NCBI GenBank assembly: GCA_002505585.1
Contig: DAVM01000018.1
Location: forward strand, 24,717-88,716
Length of the DNA: 64,000 nucleotides
Direction: 5' to 3'
Source of the DNA: Candidatus Woesearchaeota archaeon UBA489
GTDB taxonomy: Archaea > Nanobdellota > Nanobdellia > SCGC-AAA011-G17 > UBA489
Shown: positions 55,501 to 64,000 of the stretch, in pieces
Layout: each line of letters begins with the position of its first letter
Position numbering within the stretch: the first letter of the stretch is position 1
The notes under the pieces: model-generated
Database searches by the model: none
Told to the model about the DNA's origin: nothing
Seen by the model: the letters and a program-made list of their open reading frames with translations, nothing else
Position numbers and translations under genes: made by a program

Positions 55501-55576
55501 TGTTTGAAAACTACTCCATACATTTATTGTTATTCAAGAGTGGTAATAACCCTATATAAAGGTTTTGGTTAAAAAC

Positions 55577-58500
55577 CTAATACTTTCGAATAACAAACTT
55601 ATCCAAAAAGAAAATTAAAAGAATAATAATAACAAAGTTCACAATAATCCAGAAAGCAGTAGAACTGGAGCCAGAACTTTTCTTACCATCAATAAGAACA
55701 TTCACAGCCTCAGAAGCAATAACAGCACCATTAGATCTAACAAGAACAGAAACACTCTGCTTCCTAGGAGGAGCATCCTCTAAAACTTTCAAGTTCAAGA
55801 AAATAGTAGAAGATTGACCAGGATTCAAAAACACTTGCTTCCTAGAAGAAGACTCAGCAAAATCACCAGTATTAGCCAACTCCACAACAAACTCTTCAGG
55901 AACATCAGCAGGATTAGTTAAACGAACAGGAAGAGAAACAAACTCACCACGTTGCACATCTAAAGAAGACTGCCCAACATCTAAAACAACAGCACTCTTC
56001 TTCACAACTTGAGGACCTTTAGTAGCAATAGATTTCCTAGCACCACACTCATTAGTAACTTGTAATACTTCAGCACTACCAGTTTTAGTATTATCATAAA
56101 AAGTCTTAATTTGCACAGCCAAAGCACCAGCTTCAAGATCTTGAGGGACAGGAATAATAAAAGTAAAATCCTCAGTATCATCTTCATCCAACTCAAAAGA
56201 AGGAATTCTTTGTTGGAAACCCAAACTCTTACTAACAATTTCAACAACAGCCTCATCTTCATTAGACTTCCCTAAATTACGAACAGTAGTTATCAAAGTA
56301 AGAGACTCAGTCTGACAAGTAACCACACTAGGATTAATAGAACTAGCTTCAATTTGTAAATCATGACTCTTCCGTTCAACTTCAATAGTAAAAGCTAAAG
56401 ACTCACCATGACGAGCACCATTTTCATCAACACCAAGAACCATAAGATCACAAGTAATATCTTCATCCTCAGCATCCTCTTCAACATCAAACAGTAAAGA
56501 CTCAATTTCTTCATCTTCAGTACCAACATCACCAATCTCTTCAGTCTTATCATCAAAATCAAGATTATCTTCATTATCACACTCAATAGACAGATCAACA
56601 TCTTCAACATCAACATTCTCTTCATCATCAAACTTATTCTCAACCTCAACAACTAACTCAATACGATTATTAGGCTTAATCTTTTTGAGATCATCACCAT
56701 CATCAAGACTCTTCCCACCCTTATCATTCACAGAAGCATCAATATCATTAATGTCCAACTCATTAGCACGCTGCATGAATACTTGGAAAGACTTCTTTAA
56801 AGGAGCATTTAAAGAATCTTTAGCCTCAAGAGAAATAGAAGCAACAATGAAAGCAACAACTTCACCCTCATCATCAACAGCATCTAACTGCTCAGGAACA
56901 CGAGCACGCAAAGTAATAGAACCAGAAGCTTGAGAAGCTAAAGAGTTAGGAGAACTAACTAAAGAAATATTCAAATCTTTATCAGAAAAACCATTAACAG
57001 GAGAAACAACTATCTTGAAATCAGATAAAGACAAAGGACCACCATTCTTAATAGATAAGTCAGCAGTTAAGAAAACATTTTCATCTTTTTCTTTGTCACT
57101 CAAAGGATTACTAGCCTTTTGTTTTTCGTCACCAAATAAAGGATTAATTTTAGAAAATTGATCAACAATAATAATAGCACCAGCACCAAGCTCACCAACT
57201 TCCACATCATACTTTTGCATTGCAGTTGCACCAATCTTATCTTTAACAACAACTTCAACAGCATGTTTCCCTAATTGAGAAAGATTAGGAATCCAAGAAA
57301 TTTGAGCAGAAGTATTACTAATTTTGGAAAGAGTCATATTAGCAGGGAAAGTTGTTAGAGAAAAATTAAGTTCATCACCAAATTGCAAATCAGGATCAGA
57401 AGCAATTACCGTATAAGCATAAGGAACATTTACAGTAGCCTTAGTAACAGGAGTAGAAGTAATAGAAGGTTTGTCATTAGTGTTAGCTACCTTAATAGTG
57501 AAGCTCTTTTTATCAGAAGCACCAACAAGATCAGTAACAGTAAGAGTTACGAAAAGTTCTCCAACATCAGCATTAGTAGGCGTGAAGGAAACAGTTGCAG
57601 CAGAAGCATTCTTTTTAGTAATAGTTATTTTAGGAGTGTTAGCACTGAAAGTTAAGACATCATTAAATTGTAAGTCAGGATCAGAAGCTGTGACATCAAA
57701 TTCTAATTTAGTATCTTGAGTAGCAGATTTATTAGCAATTGCATCTAATACAGGATTACGATTAACATTAGTCACAGTCACTTTGAAAGAGACAGAACTT
57801 GATTTGTTAGTTGCATCAGTAGCAGTGAAAGTAATGTTATGGACTCCACTATCTCCAAATGAAGGAGTGAAAGCAAAAGTACTAATTAAAGTACTATCAT
57901 TAGGTTGTTCAGATTTTCCAACACTCTTATTCTTCACAGACCAAGCAATAATCTTAATGTGATCACTATCAGGATCAGTCACATTTACTTCAAATTCTAA
58001 AGTTTCGTTTTCTTTAATTGAAGGAGTTAAAGTACTAGGTTTGAGTACAGTAATAATAGGAGGGTTAAAGAAAGAAGTGGTGAAAGAGGAAAGATTACTA
58101 GAAACATTTACTTTGCCATCAGTTGCAACAACTTTCCAGGAATAAGTTTGTAAGTCCTTAAGATTAACAGTTGTAGTAGTGGAGGAAGTTGTAGTTAACA
58201 AAGCTAAATTAGCACTAGTATTTTTGAGGAATACAAAATAACTAACAGTATCATTCACATCAGGATCAATAGAAGCAGTCCAACTTAGAAGTACAGAAGG
58301 GTCATTAACAATAGAGTTATGCACAGGACTAATTAATTGAGGAGAGGAAGGAGGATCATTAACATTAGTAACAGTTAAAGTGAAAGGCTGGAGATCGCTC
58401 CCATTAAATTTGTCAATAACTTTAACTTTAACATTATGAGCACCAACTTGATTAGGTTGAGGCACCCAAGCAATAACACCAGTAGAAGGATTAATACCCA

Positions 58501-59992
58501 TACGTTCAGGAGCTTCAACTAAACTAAAAGTAAGTTTATCTCCTAAAGGAAGATCAGGATCATCAGCAGTAACAGTATAGACATAAGATTCATTTTGTTT
58601 AGCAATTGTAATAGGAGTAGAATTAATCTTAGGAGCATCATTCACATTAGAAACATTTAGAATAAAGTTTTGTTCAGTAGAAGCATTAAAGCTATCAGTT
58701 ACTTTAATACTAACATTTGTAAGCATTACTTGAGTATTATTAGGAGTCCAAGTTACTTTACCTGTAGGAGTTATACTCATACCACTAGGAGCAAGGGCTA
58801 ACTCAAAAGTAAAAGAATCATTTTCCACATCAAAAGCAATGACATCATAAGTATATTTCTCATCTTGTTTAGCAGAAAGATTAGGAGAAGAATTAATTCT
58901 AGGAGCATCATTCACAGGAGTAATAGTAACCTTAGCAACTTGTGAAGCCTGAGCTAAAGAAGGATCTTGCACAATAAAACTAACATTACGTGATCCAAAG
59001 AAATCATTATCAGGAGCAAAAGCAGCAACACTAGTCTTATTAATTAAAATAGTAAGGTTAGCAACAGGAACAACTAAAAATTTCAAAGAATCATTATCAG
59101 GATCAGAAGCATACAAAGAAAGATCTACAAATCCAAGAGTGTCCTCAGAGAAGTTTATAAGAGGAATAGGATTAAAAACAGGGTCACGATTTACGTGAAG
59201 CACAGTAAGAATAATCTCTTCAGTATCAGAAAATTGACCATCAGAAACGTTGAAAGTTATAGTATACTCTCCATCATCATCAAAAGTAGGAGTCCAACCA
59301 AAAGCACCGGAAGAAGTGTTGAAAGTGAAAGGAGACGGAAGGACAGAAGCAGCATTAGTGCTGAAAGTTACAATATCCTTATTAGGATCAGAAGCATTTA
59401 GTCGGATGGATAAAACTTGGTTTTCATTTACAGTTTTATTCCCAATAAACTCAAGAGTAGGAGGATGATTATTTCTTACCCCAGGAGAACCACTCTTTAA
59501 TTCGCTTTGTACAAATGCAGAACTAGAAGGAAGGACTCTTTCCAAAGAGAAATCTTTTGTAGTTTTTTGGAAAGCAGTAAGATTAACAGTATCCAAAACA
59601 GAACCAGTATTATTCCTAAAAGCAATATAATCATTATGAGTAAGTCCATTACCCAACTTAGCATCTACTTCATAAATAGAGACATCACCAGGAATAGCAA
59701 CAATACTCTCATTATTTACAATTACTGCAAATTTGCTAGATGCATTAAATACTTTACTTGTTAAAGTGTCATTACTATTACTATCTGCAATACTAAAACC
59801 AGATAAATTTACAGCACCATTAGGCATGAAAATTTCAACAAACTCTTTATCAGCAGCAGGAGTAGAAGTTTCATACATTACTTCATTAATAATAATAGAT
59901 TGTGCAAAAACACTAGTAGCTCCAACACTAAAAAAGAGTAAACTCAACAAAAACACTAGATTTCTTTTAGATTTACAGCCCCCAAAATCCAT
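55577..59992 (-). CDS. Large cell-surface protein paralog 3: lamin-tail domain, multiple cadherin-like repeats, acidic module, C-terminal AFWIIVN-TM-RKY
   Basis: 1471 aa; signal peptide; LTD-like IIINEVMYETSTPAADKEFVEIFMPNGAVNLSGFSIAD; repeated ..TNVNDAP.I / VTNVNRNPV / NTNDKP cadherin-like calcium motifs; C-terminal 500 aa paralogous to 52003..53781; ends TAFWIIVNFVIIILLIFFLDKFVIRKY. Confidence 0.75.
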   Translation of the reverse strand: MDFGGCKSKRNLVFLLSLLFFSVGATSVFAQSIIINEVMYETSTPAADKEFVEIFMPNGAVNLSGFSIADSNSNDTLTSKVFNASSKFAVIVNNESIVAIPGDVSIYEVDAKLGNGLTHNDYIAFRNNTGSVLDTVNLTAFQKTTKDFSLERVLPSSSAFVQSELKSGSPGVRNNHPPTLEFIGNKTVNENQVLSIRLNASDPNKDIVTFSTNAASVLPSPFTFNTSSGAFGWTPTFDDDGEYTITFNVSDGQFSDTEEIILTVLHVNRDPVFNPIPLINFSEDTLGFVDLSLYASDPDNDSLKFLVVPVANLTILINKTSVAAFAPDNDFFGSRNVSFIVQDPSLAQASQVAKVTITPVNDAPRINSSPNLSAKQDEKYTYDVIAFDVENDSFTFELALAPSGMSITPTGKVTWTPNNTQVMLTNVSIKVTDSFNASTEQNFILNVSNVNDAPKINSTPITIAKQNESYVYTVTADDPDLPLGDKLTFSLVEAPERMGINPSTGVIAWVPQPNQVGAHNVKVKVIDKFNGSDLQPFTLTVTNVNDPPSSPQLISPVHNSIVNDPSVLLSWTASIDPDVNDTVSYFVFLKNTSANLALLTTTSSTTTTVNLKDLQTYSWKVVATDGKVNVSSNLSSFTTSFFNPPIITVLKPSTLTPSIKENETLEFEVNVTDPDSDHIKIIAWSVKNKSVGKSEQPNDSTLISTFAFTPSFGDSGVHNITFTATDATNKSSSVSFKVTVTNVNRNPVLDAIANKSATQDTKLEFDVTASDPDLQFNDVLTFSANTPKITITKKNASAATVSFTPTNADVGELFVTLTVTDLVGASDKKSFTIKVANTNDKPSITSTPVTKATVNVPYAYTVIASDPDLQFGDELNFSLTTFPANMTLSKISNTSAQISWIPNLSQLGKHAVEVVVKDKIGATAMQKYDVEVGELGAGAIIIVDQFSKINPLFGDEKQKASNPLSDKEKDENVFLTADLSIKNGGPLSLSDFKIVVSPVNGFSDKDLNISLVSSPNSLASQASGSITLRARVPEQLDAVDDEGEVVAFIVASISLEAKDSLNAPLKKSFQVFMQRANELDINDIDASVNDKGGKSLDDGDDLKKIKPNNRIELVVEVENKFDDEENVDVEDVDLSIECDNEDNLDFDDKTEEIGDVGTEDEEIESLLFDVEEDAEDEDITCDLMVLGVDENGARHGESLAFTIEVERKSHDLQIEASSINPSVVTCQTESLTLITTVRNLGKSNEDEAVVEIVSKSLGFQQRIPSFELDEDDTEDFTFIIPVPQDLEAGALAVQIKTFYDNTKTGSAEVLQVTNECGARKSIATKGPQVVKKSAVVLDVGQSSLDVQRGEFVSLPVRLTNPADVPEEFVVELANTGDFAESSSRKQVFLNPGQSSTIFLNLKVLEDAPPRKQSVSVLVRSNGAVIASEAVNVLIDGKKSSGSSSTAFWIIVNFVIIILLIFFLDKFVIRKY

Positions 59993-60249
59993 GATACAAC
60001 TCCTGAGTGGTTAAACATTTATAAGCATTATTGTTATCTACACTATACAATATGCCTATCAGAACTCAACAAAAACCTAAATGAACATAAAAAGAAACAG
60101 ACCCTCCCAAAGAAGGGTTCTGGTTTCATTTTGCAAAGTTTGGTGCAAACGGAGGTCTCGTCTTGACGAAGAATTACTATAACTATTAGTTAGACAATAT
60201 ATAAACATACTGCAAAAAATAGTGAAAAATAGTGAAAAAAAGTACAAAA

Positions 60250-61836
60250 TTATTCTTTACTAACAGCCTCAGCACCCTTATCAGTAAGTTCAATAAGTTT
60301 ATTCCTACCCTGCTTCACAATACGCAACAACCCAAGATGATACAACTCATGCACACGCTTCTGAGTAGTAGGAGCAGTAATATTAAACTTCTGACCAATA
60401 TCCTTAAAAGAAACTTGCTCACCCAAATGCCTACGAGACTCAATGAAACTCAAAACACTCACTAAATCACGAGGCACATCAACACCAGAAGAACCATTAT
60501 CCAATTCCTGCATCTCCTTACTCAAAAAAGACAACTCCTTAGCCTTCATCAAAGAAGGATCAATAGGAACAAGCAAAACAGCCCTAGTCAACATAATCTT
60601 ATCATTAATCTTAACCATAAACTTCATCACCTCATCAAAACCATGCTTAGCAATCAAATAATCCACACGATCAAGCAAAATAATAGCACTCTTACTCTTC
60701 ACCAAAAAATCCGTAATCAACTTCCCAATAATCAACAAATCAGAAGAAGAAAAAATATTACTCTCCTTAGCATCAGACAACCACAAAATAGGAGTCTTCT
60801 CCAACTTATACTGCTTCCTAATAAGAAGAGGATTAGTCCTACTTAAACACAATCCCTGAGAACCATGCATAACCTTATCCACAAACAACTCAAAAGCCCT
60901 CTTAGAATCAACACCCTTCAACACATAACTAGTACCAAAACTCAAAGAAGCAAACTTTTCAGGAGAAGAAGAAGACTTTTCAGCAGAAGGCATAAGTTGC
61001 ATAAACCTCTTTAATCGAGGACTCTCTTCAACCATATTACGAAGACTAACAACCATCTTATTGAAAGTATTAGCCAAATGATTCAACTCATCATTAGACT
61101 TAGATTCTTTTACTTTTACATCAAAATTACCCTCACTCACCTTAGTAGCAGCAGAAGCAAGCTCATTCACAGGACGCACAATAAGTTTAGTGAAGAAAAA
61201 GCCAATAGCAATAGCAAGAAACAAACCAATAACAGTAATAAAACCCAAAATAGCACGAGTATTACGCACAGCAGCAACAGATTCTTTGTTAGCAGCAGCA
61301 TTCAAAGCACTAACATCAACAGCAATCTCTTGCAAAATCTCAATAGCATCATCAGAATCATCATCCACTTGTTTTAACAAAGCAGCCTTAACTTCATTAT
61401 ACCTAGTCTTTTCAGCATCATTACTTTCAGCAATCTCAGCCTTATGAGTAGAAATAACTTTTTCAGACTTATCTTTGAAACCATCATACTTTTTAGAAGC
61501 AAGATTTAAACGATCAATAACCTCTTCATCTTCAATAAGCTTTCTTAAACTCCGTTCAGACTCATCAAAAACATCATTTTGCTTATCAAACAAACGACGC
61601 AAATCTGATAGATCAGCACTATTAAACTCAGAAGCATAAGCATGAATTAACTTATTAGATTGCACTAAAGAGATGGTTAACCCATTCACTAAAGCAACAG
61701 TAGGAGAAGTAACTTGAGTAACTAACTCAACACGCTCACTAATACTGCCAGTAGCAATCATACCAATGGCTCCAGTTAACACTACAAAAAAGCCAACCAA
61801 GAAAAAACCTAGCATAATTTTATGAGTAATTTTCAC
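60250..61836 (-). CDS. Membrane-bound one-component regulator: sensor loop, HAMP, DUF835, C-terminal winged HTH
   Basis: 528 aa; TM1 IMLGFFLVGFFVVLTGAIGMIA, ~170-aa external region, TM2 ILGFITVIGLFLAIAIGFFF, HAMP (RPVNELASAATKVSEGNFDVKV...NHLANTFNKMVVSLR), DUF835-like GLCLSRTNP...ILWLSD...AIILLDRVDYLI...AVLLVPIDP, wHTH SFKDIGQKFNITAPTTQKRVHELYHLGLLR. Confidence 0.65.
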   Translation of the reverse strand: MKITHKIMLGFFLVGFFVVLTGAIGMIATGSISERVELVTQVTSPTVALVNGLTISLVQSNKLIHAYASEFNSADLSDLRRLFDKQNDVFDESERSLRKLIEDEEVIDRLNLASKKYDGFKDKSEKVISTHKAEIAESNDAEKTRYNEVKAALLKQVDDDSDDAIEILQEIAVDVSALNAAANKESVAAVRNTRAILGFITVIGLFLAIAIGFFFTKLIVRPVNELASAATKVSEGNFDVKVKESKSNDELNHLANTFNKMVVSLRNMVEESPRLKRFMQLMPSAEKSSSSPEKFASLSFGTSYVLKGVDSKRAFELFVDKVMHGSQGLCLSRTNPLLIRKQYKLEKTPILWLSDAKESNIFSSSDLLIIGKLITDFLVKSKSAIILLDRVDYLIAKHGFDEVMKFMVKINDKIMLTRAVLLVPIDPSLMKAKELSFLSKEMQELDNGSSGVDVPRDLVSVLSFIESRRHLGEQVSFKDIGQKFNITAPTTQKRVHELYHLGLLRIVKQGRNKLIELTDKGAEAVSKE

Positions 61837-61867
61837 TATCTTTCACTATATTTTATCAAGTGTTTAA

Positions 61868-62455
61868 ATGTTTTATGAAAGTAGAGTAGTTGCAAGAAGA
61901 GAAATAAAACCTTTTATACCAGCAAACCATTCTAAAACTATGAAAGAATTGAAGTGGATACTTCTCAGATGGATACTAGCAGGACTAGTCACAACAAGTT
62001 ATTCCTTAATTTATGCAATCATAGGACCAATAACTCTACAGATTAGCCAAGGCATACTTAATCTTTTCACAGAAACCATATTGCGAGGCAATTTGTTGTA
62101 TGTAGGAGGGAAAACATTAGAATTCATACCATCATGCGCAGCAATAAGTGCCTATATATTATTAGGAATACTGATCTTATTAACAAGAGGAATAAACATC
62201 AAAACAAGAATAGTGATGGCACTCTACGGAAGTGTTTTAATACTAGCAGCAAACATCTTAAGAATAGAAGTGTTAATCTATGTACTCTTACAATGGGGAA
62301 AGAATTACTTCGATACATTGCATCTCTTCATATGGCAAATAGTATCAAGTATGTATGTAGCATTAGTTTGGGTGTATCTAACATGGAGATTCAAAGTAAA
62401 AGGAATACCATTGTATTCAGATATGCGATATGTTTGGAAGAAATTTAGGCGCTAG
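61868..62455 (+). CDS. Small polytopic membrane protein with exosortase/archaeosortase-like Cys...N-x-x-R arrangement (alternative start 61940)
   Basis: 195 aa, ~5 TM helices; Cys90 in TM (EFIPSCAAISAYIL), 42 residues later AANILRIEV (N-x-x-R), later Arg in TWRFK; spacing mirrors the catalytic Cys/Arg of archaeosortase ArtA (C173/R214); divergent from the regulator gene. Confidence 0.35.
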   Translation: MFYESRVVARREIKPFIPANHSKTMKELKWILLRWILAGLVTTSYSLIYAIIGPITLQISQGILNLFTETILRGNLLYVGGKTLEFIPSCAAISAYILLGILILLTRGINIKTRIVMALYGSVLILAANILRIEVLIYVLLQWGKNYFDTLHLFIWQIVSSMYVALVWVYLTWRFKVKGIPLYSDMRYVWKKFRR

Positions 62456-63038
62456 AATTCTTCTTATGATTTTTGTACAAGAAAAAACCACCAACTAATA
62501 ACACTATAGAAATAACAATTATTAAAATCTCATGCTGAGCAATAGTATCCATAACAACAGACCCAAATTGAGCAACAAGGAAAGCGAGTAAGAAATAACG
62601 TAAACCACGACCTAAAATTGAAGCAACAACAAATTTCTTGAAATCAATATAAAAAACACCAGCAGCAATAGTAAAAATTTTGTAAGGAATAGGAGTAAAG
62701 CCAGAAATAAACACAGCCCAAGCACCAAAACGATCAAACAAACGATGTACTCGATCAATCTTACTATGACTAAAAAAACGCTCTAAAATAACACGCTCAC
62801 CAGCCAAACCAATACCATACCCAAATATACCACCAAGAACACTACCAACAGTACAAACAAGAGCTAACAACAACCATAATTTAGGAGTGGAGAGAGTGAA
62901 AATAACTAACAAAATATCAGGAGGAATAGGGAAAAAAGAAGATTCAATAAAAGCAAGAAAAAACAACCCCCACATTCCTAAAGGTTCAAAAGTACGTTGT
63001 GTCCATTCAGTTAATTGTACAACAATGCTCATAAACAA
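62445..63038 (-). CDS. DedA/TVP38-family membrane protein
   Basis: 197 aa; FIESSFFPIPPD signature of DedA/SNARE-associated family. Confidence 0.8.
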   Translation of the reverse strand: MFMSIVVQLTEWTQRTFEPLGMWGLFFLAFIESSFFPIPPDILLVIFTLSTPKLWLLLALVCTVGSVLGGIFGYGIGLAGERVILERFFSHSKIDRVHRLFDRFGAWAVFISGFTPIPYKIFTIAAGVFYIDFKKFVVASILGRGLRYFLLAFLVAQFGSVVMDTIAQHEILIIVISIVLLVGGFFLYKNHKKNSSA

Positions 63039-63043
63039 TCACC

Positions 63044-63925
63044 TTACTTCTTTTGTTGAAAAACTAACAAATCTTGAGTAGTTAATTTTTTCCTCTTTTT
63101 TAGTTTCTCTTCAACCAAAACAGCCTTTTCCTGCATTAATCTATCATCAATCTTCTTCTTTTGCTCAAAACGAACCTTTTTTTGCTCTTGCAATTTACTA
63201 ACAACAACATTCACTTCAGACAATTCCTTCTTTAACTCACTATTCTTCTTAGAAAACCTCTTCTTAGCATCCCAAAAATGTTTCTGAGCATCATCATGAG
63301 AAAGTTTCTGTGCATTAATCTCCTTAGAAAGAGCAATGAACTGCTTATAATTATCCTTCTTTTTCTTAAACTCATCCTTTAATTTATTATGAAACTCATT
63401 AGCCTTTTTCTTAACCCCATCAATCTCTTTAGAAAGAATGTTTAATTTTTTTGTAACATCATACACACCCTTATTCTCTTTAATTTTTTTCTTTAAATCC
63501 TTAATTTGTACCATAACCTTTTTTTCTTGAGAAAGAGATAAAGCCTCAGTCTCAATCTTCATATCTAATTTATCAACCATCTCCTGCATTCTTTGAGGAT
63601 TACCTTTACCACTCTGCTTTTTAGATAACTTCAAACGTTCCTTATTTAATTCCTTAGCTTGCTTCACTAACTCTTGACACTTCTTATTCCACTTATCACG
63701 CTCAGCCTTTAATTTATTTTGAGTAGAATTAGTACGATCTAAATCTCTCTTTACTTCACGAATCTTTTTAATAGAAGGAGATAAAGAATCTTGCAATTTT
63801 TTCTTCTTAGCAAACCAATCTTCTTTTTCTTTATCCAAAAGATTCAAATCATCACGAACAGACCTAATTTTAGTCTTCAGATTAGACAGATTGCTACCTA
63901 CTACATTCTTTCCTTTGCTATCCAT
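63044..63925 (-). CDS. Lys/Glu-rich coiled-coil protein (archaeal coiled-coil protein, COG1340-like)
   Basis: 293 aa; continuous heptad-like K/E/L-rich sequence; SD-less. Confidence 0.45.
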   Translation of the reverse strand: MDSKGKNVVGSNLSNLKTKIRSVRDDLNLLDKEKEDWFAKKKKLQDSLSPSIKKIREVKRDLDRTNSTQNKLKAERDKWNKKCQELVKQAKELNKERLKLSKKQSGKGNPQRMQEMVDKLDMKIETEALSLSQEKKVMVQIKDLKKKIKENKGVYDVTKKLNILSKEIDGVKKKANEFHNKLKDEFKKKKDNYKQFIALSKEINAQKLSHDDAQKHFWDAKKRFSKKNSELKKELSEVNVVVSKLQEQKKVRFEQKKKIDDRLMQEKAVLVEEKLKKRKKLTTQDLLVFQQKK

Positions 63926-64000
63926 TGTAAGAATTAAACCACTCCGTTTGCGATAGATAGTGAGGAAAAGGAGTATAAAAAGGTTATTATGCTAGAGTAT

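Noticed and set aside
56002-56652. Leu/Lys/Met-rich minus ORFs 56002..56262 and 56395..56652
   Set aside because: Alternate frames inside the 1471-aa surface protein gene

Overview
This 64 kb window is an AT-rich (about 30% GC), gene-dense archaeal chromosome segment with almost no non-coding gaps. The archaeal assignment is an inference from gene content: a family-B DNA polymerase interrupted by an intein, GatD/GatE, TFE, ribosomal protein eL15, archaeal-type AlaRS/ProRS/AspRS, and tRNA genes without encoded CCA. The small, peptide-scavenging gene set suggests a small-genome (DPANN-like) archaeon, but that is a guess. Supported content, start to end: ftsZ (partial), gatD, a livKHMGF-type amino-acid ABC transporter, gatE, a MazE/MazF-like toxin-antitoxin pair, aspS-asnS, and M16/M17/M24/M1 peptidases flanking the polymerase gene. 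Next come tRNA-Arg(TCG), adk, mscS, proS, a secreted transglutaminase-like protein and a DHH phosphoesterase. Then a tandem array of five paralogous genes for very small Arg/Lys-rich proteins, an ABC-2 transporter whose ATPase carries HEAT-like repeats, rpl15e, a Bro-N/DinD-like protein, a HIT protein and an M50-like protease. Further on are tfe with a long lysine-repeat tail, alaS, a bacterial-type leuS, tRNA-Arg(TCT) and tRNA-Cys(GCA). The window ends with three tandem paralogous cell-surface protein genes that share a conserved C-terminal 'FWII'-motif/transmembrane helix/basic tail. Beside them lie a HAMP-DUF835-wHTH membrane regulator and a small polytopic membrane protein with an exosortase/archaeosortase-like Cys...N-x-x-R arrangement. 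The two observations I rate highest are this candidate sorting system and the five-gene array of small basic proteins. No CRISPR array, rRNA or obvious transposase was seen.
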